A stretch of DNA of 57,713 nucleotides, from positions 1 through 57,713 of IMG/VR virus record IMGVR_UViG_3300023184_003134, one strand, 5' to 3'. Shown here piece after piece: positions 19,699 through 30,074 of the stretch. A program made the position numbers and the translations under genes. How positions within the stretch are numbered: position 1 is the first letter of the stretch; each line of letters begins with the position of its first letter. Below the pieces are notes generated by a model that made no database searches, was not told the DNA's origin, and was given only the letters and a program-made list of their open reading frames with translations. The DNA comes from a virus (lineage: Duplodnaviria; Caudoviricetes).

Positions 19699-20793
19699 TT
19701 AACTGTCAAATCGAACTAAAAAGTTTACAGGAAGGTCAGGCATTGATTTTACAGGCTTTGCTAATTTAGCTACTGCTACCATATCCATATTATCATCATA
19801 TAAACCAATTGTTGTAATGTAAGGTGCTATATAAGAACCGGTTGTATCAATTGATGAACTATATTCATAATCTGCAAAAATTGCTTTTTGGTATTTATCA
19901 CTATGTTGATATTTAATATTACCTTCATATGTTGTAGTAATAGAACCGGTTATAACATTTAATTCACTATATGCTGTTGTATTAGTTGATACATTAAATT
20001 CATCTTCACCCACTACTAATAAGAATTCATTTTCATAAATAGTGTTTGTAGATTTGTATTCTAAATCATAATTATCAAAATAATCATGTCTACTTCCAGT
20101 TATACTTCCAGAAATAACATCGTTTGTAATTGCTATAATACCATGTTCATATATAACATTTCCCACAATTTCTTGAAGTATGGTTGGTATTGTTACAATA
20201 ATACCTTCAAATTGAATTACATCATTTTCTATATTTGCGCTAAAATTAGTAAAATCACTTGTTTCACCCACTATTGTAATTGTACCATTACCATTAAAAT
20301 TAGCAGTTGTAAATTCAAGTTGGCCTTCGTTGTTATAACCATCCTTAAATTTAATTATGCCATTTTCAACATCTAACAAAACTAAATAAATTTCATTAGT
20401 AGTTGTGCGTAAATTACCATAAAAATCATCATATATATTATCATCTATTGATGTATTTATTTTAACTGATCCTGGTTTAATTCCCTCACCAAACATTTTT
20501 TGTGGTATAGATAATACTAATGCACCATCTCCTAATGTTCGTTGTGGATTCTTAGGCACTTTTGGCATTATTGTACCATATGATGTAAATGGATTATAAC
20601 CATCTCTATAATACATTGTATATAATTGATGCCATAAACCATTTTCTTGTAATTCAGAATCGGTTAATACATCGGTACTACCAGTATGATTATATGCAAA
20701 TGATGCACTAAGTAAATCTTCAGCTACTGAAAACGTTTTGTAAACCTTAAATGGTCTTAAATTAATATCTGATTTTGGGATGTGTTTTAACAT
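19699..20793 (-). CDS. Baseplate/tail-fibre attachment structural protein
   Basis: C-terminal YITTIGLY...AVAKLAKP...VRFD shared with 20902-22122; structural gene context. Confidence 0.65.
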   Translation of the reverse strand: MLKHIPKSDINLRPFKVYKTFSVAEDLLSASFAYNHTGSTDVLTDSELQENGLWHQLYTMYYRDGYNPFTSYGTIMPKVPKNPQRTLGDGALVLSIPQKMFGEGIKPGSVKINTSIDDNIYDDFYGNLRTTTNEIYLVLLDVENGIIKFKDGYNNEGQLEFTTANFNGNGTITIVGETSDFTNFSANIENDVIQFEGIIVTIPTILQEIVGNVIYEHGIIAITNDVISGSITGSRHDYFDNYDLEYKSTNTIYENEFLLVVGEDEFNVSTNTTAYSELNVITGSITTTYEGNIKYQHSDKYQKAIFADYEYSSSIDTTGSYIAPYITTIGLYDDNMDMVAVAKLAKPVKSMPDLPVNFLVRFDS

Positions 20794-20800
20794 AATCTAT

Positions 20801-20809
20801 TATAAATAT
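20801..20809 (-). promoter_or_regulatory. Putative late promoter ATATTTATA
   Basis: Recurrent motif, immediately downstream of a terminator. Confidence 0.6.
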
Positions 20810-20815
20810 CTTATT

Positions 20816-20850
20816 AAACAAAAACCCAACTTTTTTAGGGTTGGGTTCTT
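20816..20850 (-). terminator. Rho-independent terminator
   Basis: Minus strand AACCCAAC-loop-GTTGGGTT followed by TTTGTTT. Confidence 0.75.
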
Positions 20851-20901
20851 AAGTTATGTGTTTGGTTTTTGTCCTACGATACTCCCAAACAAATCTTTTT
20901 A

Positions 20902-22122
20902 TTAGAAATCTAACTTAACTTTCAATAATAATTCTTTACTGAAAGATTTAGCAATTGGTTGAGATGTTTTAGCTACTGCAATCATTTCGTTTGCATCGTT
21001 AAATAAACCAACTGTTGTAATATAAGTTAAAGGGTCTGTTTGGAATGTAGGTTGTGTCATTGAACCAGTTGTATCTACATAAGTAGGATTATTAGAAAAA
21101 TTAAATTCTCTATTATTAACTCTTACAAAATAATGTGCTGTTGATATGTTTTCAATTCTGCGTGCTTGAAAATCACCACCAGCCTTAATTACATTAAACA
21201 TTTTTTTGTGATTGAATTCATCCGAAATATAAGAACCAGATGGTAAAATAGATTGTGCACCAATAGTAGCCGATAAAGCCGTTGGATTAAATATAAAAAT
21301 ACCATAATCAGGATAGAATTTACCAAAACCATATCCATTAGATGCGGTTGTAGTTTGAACTGTAGCCGCATTGTTAGTACCTAAATTTAATGTACCACTT
21401 ACAATATTATATTCATTAGTACCACTATTTGTAGTATTGAATTTTTCAGCACTATTATCTATGAAAGTAAATGAACCACTTGAACCACTCAATGTTAATT
21501 CCCAATTACCTGGGTCTACTCTTTCTCTATAATTTGCTCTACTAATATTAACAGCGTAAAAATCAGCAGATGAATAGCCATCTTCTGTTGTTCCATTATA
21601 AAAACGGAAATGAGTCTCAGCTGTATCGGTTAATAATGCTCTATATTGAAAATATGTAGCTTTTGTTGGTAAAGTTGCATCATCATAATTTGCTAATGTT
21701 CTTGCACCCGCACCACTAATATGTCCATATGCTACCGCAAATTCAGAAGTTGTAGAACTAGTTGTTGCATATACATTATAATAATATTCATCCGTTGCAC
21801 TACCACTATGTCCTGCCATAGTTATAGTTGAACCCGTAGCTATTGTATTACTCAAGCTACCACTACCATTACTCCATAATCCAGTTGTTACTATTTCATT
21901 TTTAGCAGGAACTACATCTGTTGTATTAAATTGCTTATATACTGAATTAGTAGTTACCCCCGATTCTAAAACTAACTTCTCACCGGTAGTAAGATAGTTG
22001 TTGATAATAGCTGCTAATTGCGTTGTATCTAATGTTCCATTAGCGTTTTGCTTTTGTTGATTAAGATATGTTGCTAAATCATTTGTTAATTGTGTTCCGG
22101 TATTTGTACCCAATGTTGCCAT
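20902..22122 (-). CDS. Baseplate/tail-fibre attachment structural protein (paralog)
   Basis: C-terminal YITTVGLF...AVAKTSQP...VKLDF; Ser/Thr/Gly-rich. Confidence 0.65.
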   Translation of the reverse strand: MATLGTNTGTQLTNDLATYLNQQKQNANGTLDTTQLAAIINNYLTTGEKLVLESGVTTNSVYKQFNTTDVVPAKNEIVTTGLWSNGSGSLSNTIATGSTITMAGHSGSATDEYYYNVYATTSSTTSEFAVAYGHISGAGARTLANYDDATLPTKATYFQYRALLTDTAETHFRFYNGTTEDGYSSADFYAVNISRANYRERVDPGNWELTLSGSSGSFTFIDNSAEKFNTTNSGTNEYNIVSGTLNLGTNNAATVQTTTASNGYGFGKFYPDYGIFIFNPTALSATIGAQSILPSGSYISDEFNHKKMFNVIKAGGDFQARRIENISTAHYFVRVNNREFNFSNNPTYVDTTGSMTQPTFQTDPLTYITTVGLFNDANEMIAVAKTSQPIAKSFSKELLLKVKLDF

Positions 22123-22139
22123 ATTCGTTGTTTATTATT

Positions 22140-22763
22140 TTATCCAGCTACATAAGTAACAGTTACAGGAATAGTAATACTACCACCTGTTTCGTTACCA
22201 AATATAGTTAAAGTTGTTGTTATGTTTGAAGTTAATGAACCATTAGGAATGAAAGTAAATGTCATACCTTTAACTACTTCTGCAGTTGCAGTTACACTAT
22301 TTGTGAACGTAGTTGAAGTTGTTGTTACATTTGCCAATCCTTCACCAACAATAGTACCGGCGTTTTTATTACCCAATACTGCTGTATATCCACCATTTTT
22401 ATTTCCTGATGGAGATGTTGATGGATTAATTGGATATTGACCACCGGTTGTTTTTGCTGCAATAGTTGATACATTAATAGAAACTACCGGTAATTTTGTT
22501 GTACCTTTTGGTAATGTTACTAATTTATATTTCAATGCTTGTGTTTCATCAGGAGATGCTTCTAAAATAGGAGTTTTTAAAATTGAATTATCGTAAAAAG
22601 CCGAACCCTTTGGGTGTCCTGCATCATATAATGTGTAATCAATTTCATCATCACCCAATGCAAATTGAGAAATGTTTAATGGTTGTCCAGCTGCTAATTT
22701 CTCTCTACCTTTTTTGGTAAGGATAGCATCGACTGTAATTGTTGTGTTATCTAAGTATGCCAT
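22140..22763 (-). CDS. Tail/baseplate structural protein
   Basis: ILTKKGREKLA...QFALGD resembles tail-collar fibre N-termini; Thr-rich beta C-terminus. Confidence 0.6.
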   Translation of the reverse strand: MAYLDNTTITVDAILTKKGREKLAAGQPLNISQFALGDDEIDYTLYDAGHPKGSAFYDNSILKTPILEASPDETQALKYKLVTLPKGTTKLPVVSINVSTIAAKTTGGQYPINPSTSPSGNKNGGYTAVLGNKNAGTIVGEGLANVTTTSTTFTNSVTATAEVVKGMTFTFIPNGSLTSNITTTLTIFGNETGGSITIPVTVTYVAG

Positions 22764-22782
22764 AGTTTGTTTATTATTCTTT

Positions 22783-22791
22783 TATAAATAT
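22783..22791 (-). promoter_or_regulatory. Putative late promoter ATATTTATA
   Basis: Recurrent motif. Confidence 0.6.
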
Positions 22792-22818
22792 ATAAAATAT
22801 TTTTTTGTTACATTATTT

Positions 22819-25800
22819 TTAATCTACTTCTAATATTGGTTCATTATTACTTCTACCTTGTGCCGTTACTCTTAATGTAGTTGGGTTAGTTGTAAATGTT
22901 TCTACCGCTGCTTTACCATCTATTGTTGTATCTATTGTTTGTTTACATCCTTTATAAAATAAATTTTCAATACCGGTGTGTTTGTCACCTTTATAAATAT
23001 AATGTGATGGTAAATATCCATTTACTGCAACTGCACTAAGTATTGTTTTATTATCAACCAAACTAGCCGTTGCAAATAATCCAGTTTTAGGACTATATTC
23101 TTGCACAATTAATTCTGTGCTTAGTGAAGAACTATCTACATAAGTATATTCACTACCTAGCACACCAACTGAACCACTTCTTACTAAATTGGTACTTAAG
23201 TTATTATTTACTTTTGTAACTAAAAATGCTTTAACTGCCTTTGATTTGAATGCACCATTTTCCTCATAAAAATATTTACCATATCCACTATTAAAATATG
23301 TTCCATATCCATAATCACTATATCTATCAAATCCAATAATAGATTTTCCATAATTTAAATCTAACTCTGTTAATATAGTAGGGTCTTTTAATCTAAAATC
23401 AATCTCACCTTCGTATGTTATGTAAGAACCATCTGCTACATTTGCTAAATCAGTATCAATTATAGTAGTAAATGAATCTGCTTCTGCACTAAAATTATAT
23501 ACATCTGATGCAATTAATGTTCCATCTAATCTTTCGTTTATAGCACTAATGTTTTCGATGGAAGCTGTTAAATTTAAATTTGCTTCTTTGTAATCAAAGG
23601 TAGAACTTAAATCTATAATTTGTGTTTCGGTTACTACACCCTCTAAACTTTCGGCCGTTGCTTCAGGTCTATTTATTTTAATTCTATTTCTTTCTAATAA
23701 GTGTGGTGCGATTAAAAGGCCCGTTGTTGCTACTGCTCTTGCTGGTAGCATTTCTTTTAAATTAACAAATAATGATTTATCGTAAAATTTAATTAAACGA
23801 ATAAACTCATATAAGTTTCTTTCACCGACTCTTTGGAAATAATAATTTCTTAATTCATCTAATTTAGGATAATTTATAGTATTGTATTCATATTGAGGGT
23901 CACCGATAAATGTATCAAACGAGTCACCACCCAATGATTTTGCAATATCTAAATCTAAATCTTTATTAGGTGAAAAAAATAATCCCACTCTATTAGAATC
24001 TTGTGGTGCTGTTTCAAATGCTTTCTTAGTTGAACGATGTACGGGTGATAAGTTAGATGTTAATTCTTGTGATTCTAATCTTACTTTGTTTGTATAATAT
24101 CTACTTGCTCCACTATTTGGGATTGTTAATGCTACTTCTCTTTCTAATGCTTCGTAGTTATATGGATATGAACTTGCACTTATAAATCCACTTGCACTAA
24201 CCGCTGCCACATATTCTAAATTAGGTGCTATATTATTAATAGTTCGATTAGATGCTAAGTTTTGAGGTCTTTCAAAATCTAATCTTAATAATAAATCGGT
24301 TGTGGATGCTGATATATGATTACCATTAATGGCTTCCGGCATTATAACGTGATTATTAAATACACTTTCACTTAAATTAGTTTCCCATAATCTAATTTCT
24401 TCTAAATGCCCTTTAAATCCTTTAACCATTAAACTAGTTGCCGTTTCATAGTTAGCATCTACAATTGAACCACTCCATTCACCACTTTGTATAATTCTAT
24501 CTTTATCATTTGTTTTAACATATAAATCAACAATACTACCTGTTTTGTTAACCAATATACTATGATAGTTTCCATCATAAAATGGATATGAACTGCCACT
24601 AACCTGAGAACCATTTATTGTAAAATTACCAAATTTATTAGAACCATGCCCATTAACACTAATACCCAATCTAAACCCACTGCCACTTAATAAGGTGTAG
24701 TTAGCAAATTCAGCTGGTTTTAATTTTAGTTCAATTGCCTGCGGTCTTATTGCTCCGGTAAATGGTATATCTAAACTTGCAGTTATATTATCAAATACTA
24801 AATTATGTGTTAAACTATTATATATAAATTTAGGATAATCTTCTACTGAATCTAAATTAGGTCCACCAAATTCCATTATAGAAAGATTTGATGCTGCTAT
24901 ACCATAACAAGTCAATAAAGCATTAATACCTCGTTGAGAACCTTTATGTTTTAGTAAATAAGGTAAGTTATTTGCAATTCTACGCCATATTTGATGAGTA
25001 GCTTTTTCAGGAGTTATAAGCTCAGTATCTGTTGGTAAATATTGAATGTTGTTAGATGTAAAAGAACCAGTTTGTGCATTATTATTTAAACCAAATGTAT
25101 AATCCCAAAGTTGTTTATTTGAATTAAGATTTTTAGCATTCCAACCAAATGATTGTAAATATTGATATAAAAATTTATCTTCAATACCATCCATATTAGT
25201 TTCCGATATTTTCTTTTGGTCACTCATACCTTTGATATATGCCCAAATAATATCAAAATAGTTACCAATCATATCTAAAAATAAAAGATAATCTATATTT
25301 CCATTATCTTCTATAATATGAAGTGGTATGTTATTTTTTAATGCATTATTATTATTTCTATCAAATGTAGTTGCACTATCTAAATAATCTGTGTATATAG
25401 TTAAACTTGCTGGTTCACTAAATGATCCTGTAAATACACTTTGTGTTAAATAGGTTTCCCAACCATCAAACCCAGTTATTAAATTTGATTTTTTTGTTTG
25501 ATAGTTTACAATATCTAAATTTAAAGTAATTGTAGTAGCGGAAGCACTTACTGATTGTGATACTATTTTATCATCATACCATTCTGCTAATTCTTTTTTA
25601 TATCTAAAGTTTGCTAATCTTTCAACTGCACTACTATATTTTACAAAGTTAGAAAGATTCGTATAATCAATGTTAATACCTTTAACATCTATAAAGTTTT
25701 CCGTTAAATATTTATCAACTATTTGCTGTGAAGTTGTAGAACCACTTAATATTAAATTATCATATGATTCAAATCCAGTTGATTGCTCTTTAACAAAATC

Positions 25801-27684
25801 TATTTCTACACCAAAATTAGGTGCTCGCAATGGAACACACATATCCTCCGATATACCTGTTAAAATGACAGATTGTAATATAGGTAATGCACTTAATTGA
25901 GAAACCCAAAGTGTATCATTTTTGTTAATATTACTAGGTAATGGTTCATATAATTTTAATACTATACTTTTATTTATTTCACCATCTGGTATCTGATTAC
26001 CTAACTCATCTGTTTTAAATTTAGTAAATGTGGTAGTATCAATATCCCAATTTGAAATAATAATTTGTTTATCATCAACATCAAAAGATGCAATATGGTT
26101 TAAATAATTTGGTTTAGTTAAATCAAATTTTAATTCAGATGAAATTGCATTAAATAATTCATCCTTTAAGTTTTGAGTGGAAATATAAAATCCAGGATCA
26201 TCAAATGAAATACTTATTCTTTCTATTTCACCTTTAATATTTTTATTATATGGAACTAATAATAAATCCAGTGTTCCCTTATTTAAAAATGATTTTATTG
26301 TATTGTATATTCCATTATAGCTAGTGTTTGGTACACCACTTGCTAATATGTAATTATCATCTTCTTTGGTATGATATATTAATACTTTTGTTGCTAATTT
26401 AGATTCATATTCAATTTTAAATGAAACATTTCCAAAACTATAAATTGGTATATTAATTTTTGTTGGATATTCTATTTTATCTATAATAGGAATATCTGGT
26501 ATTTTATTAATATTAACAATTATTGTTTGGGCTGTTCCATCTCCGTAAAAATTAGAATATGGCACTAATATAATTTTAAAAGTACCTGTATTGTTTTGAA
26601 AATCCTTTTTTAAATCTAATTTTTGTTCTAATGAAGTAAACGAATTAGCAGTTAAATTTGAATTAAATTGTTTATATGGTGTAATAACTTTTAAAACATC
26701 GGTATTGCTTAATTGAAATCCAATTGAAATTTCTTGAGTATCCGTTGTAGAGGCAAAAATAGATTCTAGAATATTAGCATTAATTATTGTATTATCTAAT
26801 ACTAATTTAGGAAAATTTGCAGTATTTGGTTCAACTTCTATTACTACAATTATATTATTATTAAAAACATTAGCAGGAATAGTTGCTTCACCTGCTGTTC
26901 CAATAATATTAAAATCATTTACATCAAATGTACTATTATCATTAAATTTATTAGCATATTGCCATCTAATATTTTTTGGAGAAAATTTATTTAATCCGGA
27001 AATATCTATTTTTAAATCATCGAATGAAACAGCTGTTATATCTATATCATTTTTTACCCCTAAATTGTTTAAACTATATATTAGGCCATTGGTAGTTAAT
27101 GTAATTTTTAATTCATTTAATAAATCTAAATTTATATAATTACATACAAACGATACATTTTGTGTTTTTGATGGTTTGGGTTTTATAATAACATTTGATT
27201 TTAAATCAAACTCTAATGGAATTGATTGTGGTAGTGAGTAATCACGACTCCCTTGTTTAACACCATCCTCATTGTAAGTAATTATATTAATACCAGTACT
27301 ATGTATTATTTCATATACACCATTTATTAATATTGCATCTGATACAACTGCTTTTTCTATTTCAAACCAATTTTTTAATGTAAATTCATCATTAACAATT
27401 GGTTTTATTATTAAAGTATCATTTATTGTATTTGCATCAATTACAATTGTAGATGTTTCATCATAATTTTGACCTTGTACATTAAAGGTCATTTTATTTT
27501 TAAAAGTACTTATATTTTTTAAAAATATTTTAATAATTGGATTTTCTATTTTGCCGCCGCCACCAGTACTTCCACCGCCACCACCATTACTACCACCACT
27601 AAAATCATCTAATGGATTGTATAAATCATCTAAAGGATCAACCGGTGCTGCTATTTTATATTGTTTTGTATATCGTATTGCCAT
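22819..27684 (-). CDS. Large baseplate wedge-like structural protein with LamG-like domain
   Basis: 1621 aa; LLKHKGSQRGINALLTCYG resembles the P2 gpI/T4 gp7-type motif; FKGHLEEIRLW is a LamG-like end. Confidence 0.65.
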   Translation of the reverse strand: MAIRYTKQYKIAAPVDPLDDLYNPLDDFSGGSNGGGGGSTGGGGKIENPIIKIFLKNISTFKNKMTFNVQGQNYDETSTIVIDANTINDTLIIKPIVNDEFTLKNWFEIEKAVVSDAILINGVYEIIHSTGINIITYNEDGVKQGSRDYSLPQSIPLEFDLKSNVIIKPKPSKTQNVSFVCNYINLDLLNELKITLTTNGLIYSLNNLGVKNDIDITAVSFDDLKIDISGLNKFSPKNIRWQYANKFNDNSTFDVNDFNIIGTAGEATIPANVFNNNIIVVIEVEPNTANFPKLVLDNTIINANILESIFASTTDTQEISIGFQLSNTDVLKVITPYKQFNSNLTANSFTSLEQKLDLKKDFQNNTGTFKIILVPYSNFYGDGTAQTIIVNINKIPDIPIIDKIEYPTKINIPIYSFGNVSFKIEYESKLATKVLIYHTKEDDNYILASGVPNTSYNGIYNTIKSFLNKGTLDLLLVPYNKNIKGEIERISISFDDPGFYISTQNLKDELFNAISSELKFDLTKPNYLNHIASFDVDDKQIIISNWDIDTTTFTKFKTDELGNQIPDGEINKSIVLKLYEPLPSNINKNDTLWVSQLSALPILQSVILTGISEDMCVPLRAPNFGVEIDFVKEQSTGFESYDNLILSGSTTSQQIVDKYLTENFIDVKGINIDYTNLSNFVKYSSAVERLANFRYKKELAEWYDDKIVSQSVSASATTITLNLDIVNYQTKKSNLITGFDGWETYLTQSVFTGSFSEPASLTIYTDYLDSATTFDRNNNNALKNNIPLHIIEDNGNIDYLLFLDMIGNYFDIIWAYIKGMSDQKKISETNMDGIEDKFLYQYLQSFGWNAKNLNSNKQLWDYTFGLNNNAQTGSFTSNNIQYLPTDTELITPEKATHQIWRRIANNLPYLLKHKGSQRGINALLTCYGIAASNLSIMEFGGPNLDSVEDYPKFIYNSLTHNLVFDNITASLDIPFTGAIRPQAIELKLKPAEFANYTLLSGSGFRLGISVNGHGSNKFGNFTINGSQVSGSSYPFYDGNYHSILVNKTGSIVDLYVKTNDKDRIIQSGEWSGSIVDANYETATSLMVKGFKGHLEEIRLWETNLSESVFNNHVIMPEAINGNHISASTTDLLLRLDFERPQNLASNRTINNIAPNLEYVAAVSASGFISASSYPYNYEALEREVALTIPNSGASRYYTNKVRLESQELTSNLSPVHRSTKKAFETAPQDSNRVGLFFSPNKDLDLDIAKSLGGDSFDTFIGDPQYEYNTINYPKLDELRNYYFQRVGERNLYEFIRLIKFYDKSLFVNLKEMLPARAVATTGLLIAPHLLERNRIKINRPEATAESLEGVVTETQIIDLSSTFDYKEANLNLTASIENISAINERLDGTLIASDVYNFSAEADSFTTIIDTDLANVADGSYITYEGEIDFRLKDPTILTELDLNYGKSIIGFDRYSDYGYGTYFNSGYGKYFYEENGAFKSKAVKAFLVTKVNNNLSTNLVRSGSVGVLGSEYTYVDSSSLSTELIVQEYSPKTGLFATASLVDNKTILSAVAVNGYLPSHYIYKGDKHTGIENLFYKGCKQTIDTTIDGKAAVETFTTNPTTLRVTAQGRSNNEPILEVD

Positions 27685-27688
27685 TGAT

Positions 27689-27697
27689 TATAAATAT
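27689..27697 (-). promoter_or_regulatory. Putative late promoter ATATTTATA
   Basis: Recurrent motif. Confidence 0.55.
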
Positions 27698-27700
27698 CTT

Positions 27701-28858
27701 TTATTTAAAGTTATTAAATTCATATTGAACTGCACTATTCATATTTTGTGAATATATTGCCGTTCTATATGAATTTTCACCACCACTAACACCAATTATA
27801 GGAGTAGGTTGGGGTTCGGTTACATATTCAACAGGCGGCACCAATTCCGCTGTTACAATTGGTGTTGTATTAATAATCGCATTTGGTTTAACTTTACCTA
27901 ATTTATCATTTTGCGTTAACTTAGATTTTGTTATATAATTTGTATTTAATAATGATTGCAATATTTGAGAATCATTTTTTGTTTTAGTACTATCTTTTAG
28001 TATTTGTGGTATATCATATTGTGCAATTGTCTTTGCATTCAACTCAATTGCCTCCGCTAATTTATTATTTAACAATGTATCTATTTGTGTTTTTTCATAA
28101 AATTCATATTTGTTAAATAAATTACTATCAATTGTGGTATAAACTAATTTTTTAAAATCAGAATATATTTTTTGTTTAAATGTAGTGTATTTTAAATTAT
28201 TAAATTTATAATCTGAAACTATTTTATCTAACCAAAGTTGTCCATTTTTTGATACAAAATAGTTATCAATCAAATCACTAATATTTGTTTCAATTAAATC
28301 TATTGTATTTTTAATAATATTAATTATTTCAACAAACTCACCCGTATTATCTGCAAATGCATTATATCTATTTATTATTGTTTGATTTGAAATTGCATCG
28401 TTGCTTAACAATGGCATTATTCTTATTTCAGTTCTACTAGGTGAAACTTCATGTATCCAAAGTTGTGGAGTATTTTTATTATTAGTTCCCACATAATTTT
28501 TTAAAAAATTAAAAGAAACTTTAAATTCACCATTACCATATCCAGATTCTCTAATTAATTTTTCAACATCAATATCAAATATTTTTTCTTGTGTTATTCT
28601 ATCAATATCACTTTTAAGATATTTTGGTAAATCGTTTTTTTGAATATATCTTACTTTAATACCATCGGTTTGTTCTAATAAATTATTTGAAATATCATAT
28701 ACCCTAAATTCAATAACATCATTATCTGACATTCCAAAATCAGTAATATTTTTAACACCCGTTTTGAATATTGTTAAATCTTTTGAATCAACTAATTGTG
28801 CAGTTGAATCTAAGTTAAGATTAATGTTTTCAATATTTTTAAAATCATTTATTGCCAT
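27701..28858 (-). CDS. Putative structural protein
   Basis: 385 aa in the baseplate block; IHEVSPSRTEIR motif. Confidence 0.6.
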   Translation of the reverse strand: MAINDFKNIENINLNLDSTAQLVDSKDLTIFKTGVKNITDFGMSDNDVIEFRVYDISNNLLEQTDGIKVRYIQKNDLPKYLKSDIDRITQEKIFDIDVEKLIRESGYGNGEFKVSFNFLKNYVGTNNKNTPQLWIHEVSPSRTEIRIMPLLSNDAISNQTIINRYNAFADNTGEFVEIINIIKNTIDLIETNISDLIDNYFVSKNGQLWLDKIVSDYKFNNLKYTTFKQKIYSDFKKLVYTTIDSNLFNKYEFYEKTQIDTLLNNKLAEAIELNAKTIAQYDIPQILKDSTKTKNDSQILQSLLNTNYITKSKLTQNDKLGKVKPNAIINTTPIVTAELVPPVEYVTEPQPTPIIGVSGGENSYRTAIYSQNMNSAVQYEFNNFK

Positions 28859-28868
28859 AATCTATTAA

Positions 28869-30074
28869 TTAGTTATATGAATGAACTTTTGTTTTGAAAG
28901 TTTTATTTTCTATTTTACCACCGCCATCTATATCACTTACAATAATATTCAAATCCTCAGTATAATCTGTATATTTTTTTTGAGTCGAACCAAATATAAC
29001 AGAACCAATTGCTATAACTCCAATAGCCGCCCATCCGATTGGCCCTATTGCTGCTAACCCAATACCAACTGCACCTAATACCGAAGCTGCCGCACCGGTT
29101 GCTACTATTGCAAAATTTGCCGCCGCTGATACTGCTGCAATTGCTGCAACCGCATTTGCTGTGTTTTTTAATCCCTTATTTTTTGGCGATGGCACCGCGT
29201 ATATGTTTGGTTTATCAAATGTAATTCTTTTTGTTTCATTTGCTTTTAGCGTAAGTGTAGATGGAATTAAAAAGAATAATTGATTTACATCTACTTTTAT
29301 ATCTTTAGGTCCTGCTACTATATCAACATAATTAGAACTCCACCCAGTTGCATAAGATGCCGGTCCTTTTACTTTTTTTCCACCATCACTTAAATCCATA
29401 TCATATGCATATCCTTGACTTGCATTTTTAGAAGGGTCACCTTTTTCCCAAACTAATGTTGATAATTGACCTGTTGAAACCCCACCCGCTGCTACTGCTT
29501 GTACTTTAGCACTTAATTGTTGTTGGGCTACTTGTAAACTTGCATTTGCCTGTGCTAATAAATTGTTTAATGTATCTATTTGTTTAATCAATGCATTCTT
29601 TTGTGCGGTCAAACCACTATTCTCTGCTTCTAATGTAGTTCTTTCTGTTGCTTCATTAATTGCTTTAGTTAATGATGTTGTTAAGTTAGTTCTTAATTCT
29701 AATGTTGTTTGTTGTACTGAACTTATTGTATTTTCTAATTTAGCATTTGTAACTCTTAAATTATCATTTGATATATACAACGAACTACTATCCGATGTTA
29801 ATGTTTGTACTTTTGCTGTTAAATCGGTTACCTCTTGTTGTAATGTATTTATTTCATTTTGTAATATTACACTTTGTGATACTTCTGCATCATATACTGG
29901 TTTAGGAACTAAATCTAAATTAACATCCGGCATTCCATTTATTAATTCAGTAACTTTAATATCTACTGCTTTTTCTAATTGAGAAGCATTATATTGGTCA
30001 ATGTATAATTTAGTAGAAACAGTTTTATCTGGTTGCAAATCACTTAATGTAATGTATGTTTTATCTATTGCCAT
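28869..30074 (-). CDS. Coiled-coil protein with long hydrophobic Ala/Gly segment
   Basis: Heptad region about aa 70-190; about 55-aa uncharged stretch containing GPIGW. Confidence 0.65.
   Translation of the reverse strand: MAIDKTYITLSDLQPDKTVSTKLYIDQYNASQLEKAVDIKVTELINGMPDVNLDLVPKPVYDAEVSQSVILQNEINTLQQEVTDLTAKVQTLTSDSSSLYISNDNLRVTNAKLENTISSVQQTTLELRTNLTTSLTKAINEATERTTLEAENSGLTAQKNALIKQIDTLNNLLAQANASLQVAQQQLSAKVQAVAAGGVSTGQLSTLVWEKGDPSKNASQGYAYDMDLSDGGKKVKGPASYATGWSSNYVDIVAGPKDIKVDVNQLFFLIPSTLTLKANETKRITFDKPNIYAVPSPKNKGLKNTANAVAAIAAVSAAANFAIVATGAAASVLGAVGIGLAAIGPIGWAAIGVIAIGSVIFGSTQKKYTDYTEDLNIIVSDIDGGGKIENKTFKTKVHSYN

Noticed and set aside
27552-27600. GC-rich ccgcc/ccacc run as a regulatory repeat
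   Set aside because: Explained by a poly-Gly linker (SGGSNGGGGGSTGGGG) in the large wedge protein.
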